From the human T2T-CHM13v2.0 reference genome, Homo sapiens, in the NCBI RefSeq assembly GCF_009914755.1, contig NC_060930.1: DNA of 64,000 nucleotides. The stretch is one strand, 5' to 3'. The notes beneath the pieces are model-generated. The model was given only the letters and a program-made list of their open reading frames with translations, made no database searches and was not told where the DNA came from. Positions 58,260-64,000 of the stretch are shown one piece after another. Numbering within the stretch: position 1 is the first letter of the stretch; the number at the start of each line of letters is the position of its first letter. The translations under genes and the position numbers were made by a program.

Positions 58260-60984
58260 CCTCTAGTTTATTCTCCCAAGAATTATATGAGAGATTTTAA
58301 TGTTGTTCTACTGGTTGAGTGCCAGGAAGAATTTCTTGGGTGGATATAATGCTTAATTTATATTTGGGGAATTTCCACTGCTAAATCAGTGCTTGTAAAG
58401 TTTAAAAAGAAAAGAGGGGGAGGGTTGGAGAAGGGGACCAAAAAAAAAAAAAGCCCAGGGATGTGGTTGACAATATTCCTTTTAATTTAAAGCCACCTGA
58501 AGGCTTCAGCTGAATAATAAAGTAATTCCCATATGGTTTCCGTTCTTTCAGTGTTAGAACCTCTGAAATGCAGTCTACTTTTAGCCTTGGCTTCTGCATG
58601 CCTCTTTGTCAGGCTGAAATGCTTCCCGTCTGCTTGCTCTGGTAGGAAATGGAACCAAAGCCGACTGCTCTGGGGGACGAGTTCCCAGGCTTTGCTTTCT
58701 ATTTGGCAAACGTGGCTCATGTGATGGGAGGCACTTCTCCTCCAGGGCACTCTTGACTCTCTGACAGACAGGACCAGCTCTGAAGGTGGCTGCAAGTTTT
58801 CATTAATGCCAGAGCTCGCTATAGGCACTTTTCTCCCTCCCTTACAATTCTGTTTACAATAAACTTTCCCTCAAAGGAAAAACCCAGGATTCATATGAGT
58901 TTCGTTGTTTTCCCTGGAAAGAAGTTTTTGTAACCCTCAGACTCTTTAGAAGGGAAAACAGTAAATCCTGAAATCTGACTGCAGAGTTATTTTTCATTAT
59001 TTGTACTTTCATTAATTCAAATTCCACCGAAAAACTTTTCTCTTTTTCCTGCCCTGTGTAAGTTTACTTTCCCCCCTGTGTTCATATGAGTTCATGAAAT
59101 ACTTAGGAAGTATATGAAAAATGTTTCAGAAACACAGTTGTGTTATATGATGCTTACCCAAATCCTGCTGAAGTAAGTGAAAAGACATTCCCTCTCCCTA
59201 CCCCTTCTTTTTCTCCCCTTCTCTCTCCTAACTTTCTGTGTTCAGAGTCAATGCAAAGGGCCTTCATTTTTAATGTTAATTTTAAAAATAACTAGTTTTC
59301 TTTTGAGGTAAACTTAGGGAAAGCATATGTGTTTGGAGATATATATCTCCATATATAAATATTTACATTTACATTTACATTTGGAGCTCAAGTTTTTCAT
59401 TTTATTTTTCAAACATGTTGAATTAAACTAGCTAAGGACTGGAAACCCACCATGACTATTTGCTGTGGGTTGTATGATCACTATTCTGGCTTGAATTTTT
59501 GAACTTCTACAGCAACATCTTTAAAGTGCCATGAGATAACTTTGCTGTTGCTCAAAAAGAAGCTCTTTAGGAAGTCGGAAAACAGGAATTCTGGTGCTAC
59601 TTTATGGTGATAATGTCACTAACTTTGTACCTTTTTGTCCATTTAAAAAATGAGATCAATGGTGCTGGCCTTTCCACTTTTCATGTAGTTGCAAAATCAT
59701 TTCTTCATGCAAGGACAATCAAAATATATGAATAACGTGGCCTGAATATTTGGAAGAAAAGTCCTGCAAAAGTGTAGGCTGATGGAAGCAGAGGAAGAAC
59801 ATTTTATATTGAAGAACAAAGGAATTTCAAAAGAAATGGTGTTACCAGCTCTTTCAGTTGACCAGACAAGTACCAAGTGTTTGGGACTTGTTCCCATCCC
59901 AACAAAGCCAGCATTTTGAGGAGGCCTCTCTGGCAGGGTCATTACATCAGCCAGTTTCCTCTCCATTTGAAATGAGAAAGTACATGTTAAGCACAGAGGC
60001 ACTCTAAAGATGAACTCATGCCAAAATATGCCTTCATAAGCCTCCAAAGTCACTTGTGGGGTACAATGTCAGAATGAACATGATCTTATCTGGCCTATAA
60101 ATTAAATGACACATTTTCTGTTTCTTGCACAATGTGTCCCTAAGTGGTGCTTCATGTGAGTTTCTAGAAATGCCTTCTGTAAACTAGACTAATATGCACA
60201 TGTGCTTTTTCTTGATCTTTAATTGTTCATTACTAATATACGGACTTTGCATCAAATGTAAAGCAATCTCAACAACAGTCTCAATCAAGAGGAATGTCTC
60301 TGTGTCTTATAATTTTCCTCAACAGAAATTTTTAATGATACTACTTTTTAAAAAGCTCTCCTTCTGGTTTTCTTGGGTAATTTTACGTGGTATATTTAAA
60401 AATCTACTTCATGAGCTGAAGATACAGGCACTGTATTCTTTTCTTTAGCTCTCTGCACCATTCTACTTTCCAACATATATAAACTGTATATTTACTTCCT
60501 ATTTCTAAGGTTGTTAGCAATGCTGTTCTGTAACCATTATGAAATCTCTCATGGTTCCTGTTCAGCTTGATACTAAAAATTGAAAGCCAGTAAGCAGTGT
60601 TTATGCTATATATGCAAATACTTTTCAACAAAGGGCCAGTTGGGATGCTCTGATTACATACTTTTCCAATTTCTTGACCCCTGTATCTCTCTATGAAAGG
60701 GGTCAAATGCAAGAGGCCAAATGAAGATTCTTTATTTAATTTTATCGCTGATTGAAACCATACAACAGTTAGTTTGCTTCAAACTTGACCTTCTTGCACA
60801 ATTTGTTAACTCTCAAGTTTTTGATCTTTGTTTTTTCTTGCTGGGAGAAGAAATACAAGCCTTAAAAAAAGGAATTCTCTGTCTAGAGTCAATGTTGTTT
60901 TCTGTCATTAAACTTTTAGGATTGCTTTTAATCTCGGTGTTCTCAGATTTCATAATGATGTTTGGGTCTTATTAATCCTGATTG

Positions 60985-61254
60985 GTACTTAGAGAAATCT
61001 GGAAACTACGCCTCCCTTTGGCCCTGAGACATTTTCTCGCATTGTTTTGATATGTTTTCCCAAGGTTTTCTCTGGTCTTTCTTAATGGGACTCCTATCAG
61101 TCAGATGTTGCGTCCTCTGATTTGAGCCTCTGCGTCTCTTCTCTGTCCTTCATATTTTTCATCTTCCTGTCTTTGTCCTTATGATCTGGAAGATTTTGAC
61201 TCTATCTTCTAATCCTTTCACTAATATTTTTCAGCAATCGAAATTTTGATTTCT
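60985..61254 (-). mobile_element. Old L1 ORF1/HAL1-like fragment
   Basis: GGGACTCCTATCAGTCAGATGTTG motif typical of reverse L1M ORF1. Confidence 0.5.
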
Positions 61255-61795
61255 TACCATTTGAGCTGGGAAACTCACTAGTGGGTATATATACAAAGGA
61301 ATAGAAATCATTCTATTATGAAAATACATACATGTGTATGTTCATTGCACCACTGTTCACAATAGCAAAGACATGGAATCAACCCAAATGCCCATCAATG
61401 ATAGACTGGATAAAGAAAATGTGGACACATACACCGTGGAATACTATGCAGCCGTAAAAAGGAATGAGATCATGTCCTTTGCAGGGACATGGATAGAGCT
61501 GGAAGCCATTATCCTCAGCAAACTAATGCAAGAACAGAAAATGAAACACCGTATGTTCTCAATTGTAAGTGAGAGCTGAACAATGAAAACACATGGACAC
61601 AGGGAGGCGAACAACACACGCTGGGGTCTGTCAGGGTGGGGATGGGGGGAGTTAGAACATCAGGAAAAATAGCTAGTGCATGCTGGGCTTAATACCTAGG
61701 TGATGGGTTGATAGGTGCAGTAAACCACCATGGCACACATTTACCAGTGTAAGAAACCTGCACATCCTGCTCATGTATCCCAGAACTGAAAATAA
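61255..61795 (+). mobile_element. 5'-truncated L1PA (about PA10-13) 3' end
   Basis: ORF2 C-terminal remnant YTVEYYAAVKRNEIMSFAGTW; 3'UTR; TSD AATTTT(G/T)ATTTCT. Confidence 0.93.
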
Positions 61796-63367
61796 TTTTT
61801 ATTTCTAAGAGCTCATTCTTGATTCCCTTATTTTTTTGACATGTGTGCTGAAGTACATTAAAACACTGGTATAAAACACTAGCACATTGCCAGGAATTGA
61901 TCTGTTATAAAGATCTACATTGTAAATTCAAAATTCCTATGGGTATTTGAAGAGACAGCTAGAATTACCCTGCAGTGTCATAATTTGACCACTTAGGAAA
62001 ACTATCTCAGTTGCTGATTGGCTATCTGATTTGACTTATACATTACAAATAATGAGTACCGACCAGCAGCAAGACACAGAGAGATGAAAAACATGCAGTT
62101 GTGGCCCTCAAGGAGTTTACGGTCTAGTTGTAAAAAAAAGACAACATCAGAAAATAAGAATAAAACATGTCAAATTATGCAATATGGAGTCTTACGCCAA
62201 AGAATATATGTTGTTGTTGTTGTTAGTTGAGACAGACTTTTTTTACAATATCTTTTTTCCATATTTTGGATTTTTTATTTATGAAGAGATATAGAGAGTC
62301 AAATTGTTGGATGAAGACTATTTGCTGTGGAGATATATGTCTATATTCCTTTTAGAGTGCCATTCACCATCAAGCACAAGACCAAATTTACCAAAATTTA
62401 ACTCACAATAAGAAAAAATAAAACCACTGAGTAGCTTATTTGTAAAAAGTAGAATTTCATCATTTTAGTTTGGATTATTTAATTATGATTATGTTGCTTT
62501 TTATCATTCATTGCTATTGATATAAAAATCATAATATACTTATGTGCAAAAGATATTGTTTGTTTTCTCCTTCTGCTCTTCTTCCTTTCCCTCTTCTCCT
62601 TCTCCAACTTCTTCAGTCTGATTGTCCAATACTATAGGTATATAAATATAACAAGTCCAACTTGTGTCTGAATATTTTCTATACATTTTCTGCTCAGTTC
62701 TATGACCACATGGGATTGTTTCCTGGAGTGTAGTTCGATGTATATTATATATACATCATTATATATTGTCTAGAGGCAAGGTGGTATTGGTTTTATTATT
62801 TAATTAATAAATTAATTAAGGCCACCTGTTCTTAGATGGTAAGAAATCTAAATGTGGCTTTTGTTGGGTTAGGACTTGAATTGGAAAGCAGAGTGCAGTT
62901 GTTTATACTATTAAACTTTTTTTCCTGAGTGCTAATTTCTATGACTTGTTTAAAGGCTATCTGGATGTGGAACGGGAGAACCATGTATTCTTTGGATTCT
63001 TAACCTGGCGTCAGAGCAGGCCTTAATTGAGTTGACTGGTCACAGCACTACTTCTGTTTTGAAAGCTCTCTACAAAAATATACAAAGTTTAACAACTTCA
63101 TTCAAAGGGAACAATAATTGGCCCTACTTACTATATCTGTTTTCATCCTAAAATTCTTCTTCAATTTTGAAATGTGGCTGTCAGTATATTTTGGCTCAAG
63201 AAAATTCATGAAGAAATATTGTACCACTGAGAATTATATCGGTCAGTTTCTCATCAATGAAAAGTTTTATTTCTTGTGTGAACTAGTCCTGAAAATGTAA
63301 ATGTGTATTACTTGATATTTAGAATAAAGCTATCTGAATAGTGTTTCCAGGGTTAGAAATGAGGCTG

Positions 63368-63455
63368 CAGAGTGAGCCGAGATCGCGCCACTGCACTCCA
63401 GCCTGGGCAAAAAAGCGAGACTCCATCTCAAAAAAAAAAAAAAAAAAAAAAAAAA
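63368..63455 (+). mobile_element. Severely 5'-truncated young Alu (AluY-like 3' end)
   Basis: About 62 bp of Alu with intact CpGs, pure A27, perfect 13-bp TSD AGAAATGAGGCTG. Confidence 0.93.
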
Positions 63456-63572
63456 AGAAATGAGGCTGTAGATAGAGTAGTAGCAGGACAAAGACTCCAT
63501 TGTGGCTGAGTATTTATAGTTGGCCTGTTATGCTATAATATTTATATTTTTATCATATTTAAAATGTACACT

Positions 63573-63862
63573 TTTGGGTTTTTTTTTGAGGCAGAGTCTC
63601 GCTGTATTGCCTAGGCCCAAGTGCAGCGGCATGATCTCAGCTCACTGCAACCTCCGTCTCCCGGGCCCAAGCTATCCTCCTACCTCAGGGAAGCAAGTAG
63701 ATGGGACTACAGGCATGCACCACTACTCCCAGATAATTTTGGGGTTTTTTTTTGTAGAGGTGGGGTTTTGCCATGTTGCCCAGGCTCCTGGGCTGATGTG
63801 ATCCACCTGCCTCAGTCTCCCAAAAGTGCTAGGATTACAGGTGTGAGCCACTGCGCCTAACC
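63573..63862 (-). mobile_element. AluJ
   Basis: TSD TAAAATGTAYACTT. Confidence 0.92.
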
Positions 63863-64000
63863 TTAAAATGTATACTTAAGAGATAAAAATAACTTTATCT
63901 ATTTGATCCAGTAAAATTACCCTAAGCTTTCAGGTAATTAATCTTTAAACACTTTGCTGATGTCAAAGCCCAAGGTGAAGGTATTTTCTTGAATATTATG

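Noticed and set aside
61334-61579. ORF with YYAAVKRNEIMSFAGTW (similar ORF at 19969-20160)
   Set aside because: Remnants of the L1 ORF2 C-terminus in truncated, dead elements.

Overview
This is primate (human-like) nuclear DNA, almost entirely intronic, from one large gene transcribed on the + strand. I could not identify the gene. There is no CpG-island promoter, long coding ORF, RNA gene or CRISPR array. About half the window is interspersed repeats: roughly 28 Alus (J, S and Y families), L1 and L2 fragments, MIRs, MLT1 and THE1 solo LTRs, and MER1B, MER20, MER33 and MER44 DNA-transposon relics. Two convincing internal exons lie 36 kb apart, at 7164-7367 (204 nt) and 43376-43520 (145 nt). 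Both look like 5'UTR exons and are rich in AUGs. Many entries in the supplied ORF track are Alu/L1 translations and the rest are mostly chance ORFs. Most notable observations: (1) a 255-bp DNA-level copy of unique flank plus a partial Alu, pasted 2 kb downstream with microhomology junctions; (2) a set of uORFs, including a 63-aa ORF that exists only if the two exons are spliced together; (3) recursive-splice-like AG|GT sites; (4) a young, severely truncated Alu with a perfect 13-bp TSD; (5) an unexplained coding-like insert inside an L2. I found no convincing new multi-gene system. Repeat subfamily calls come from recalled consensus sequences, and the boundaries of old repeats are approximate.
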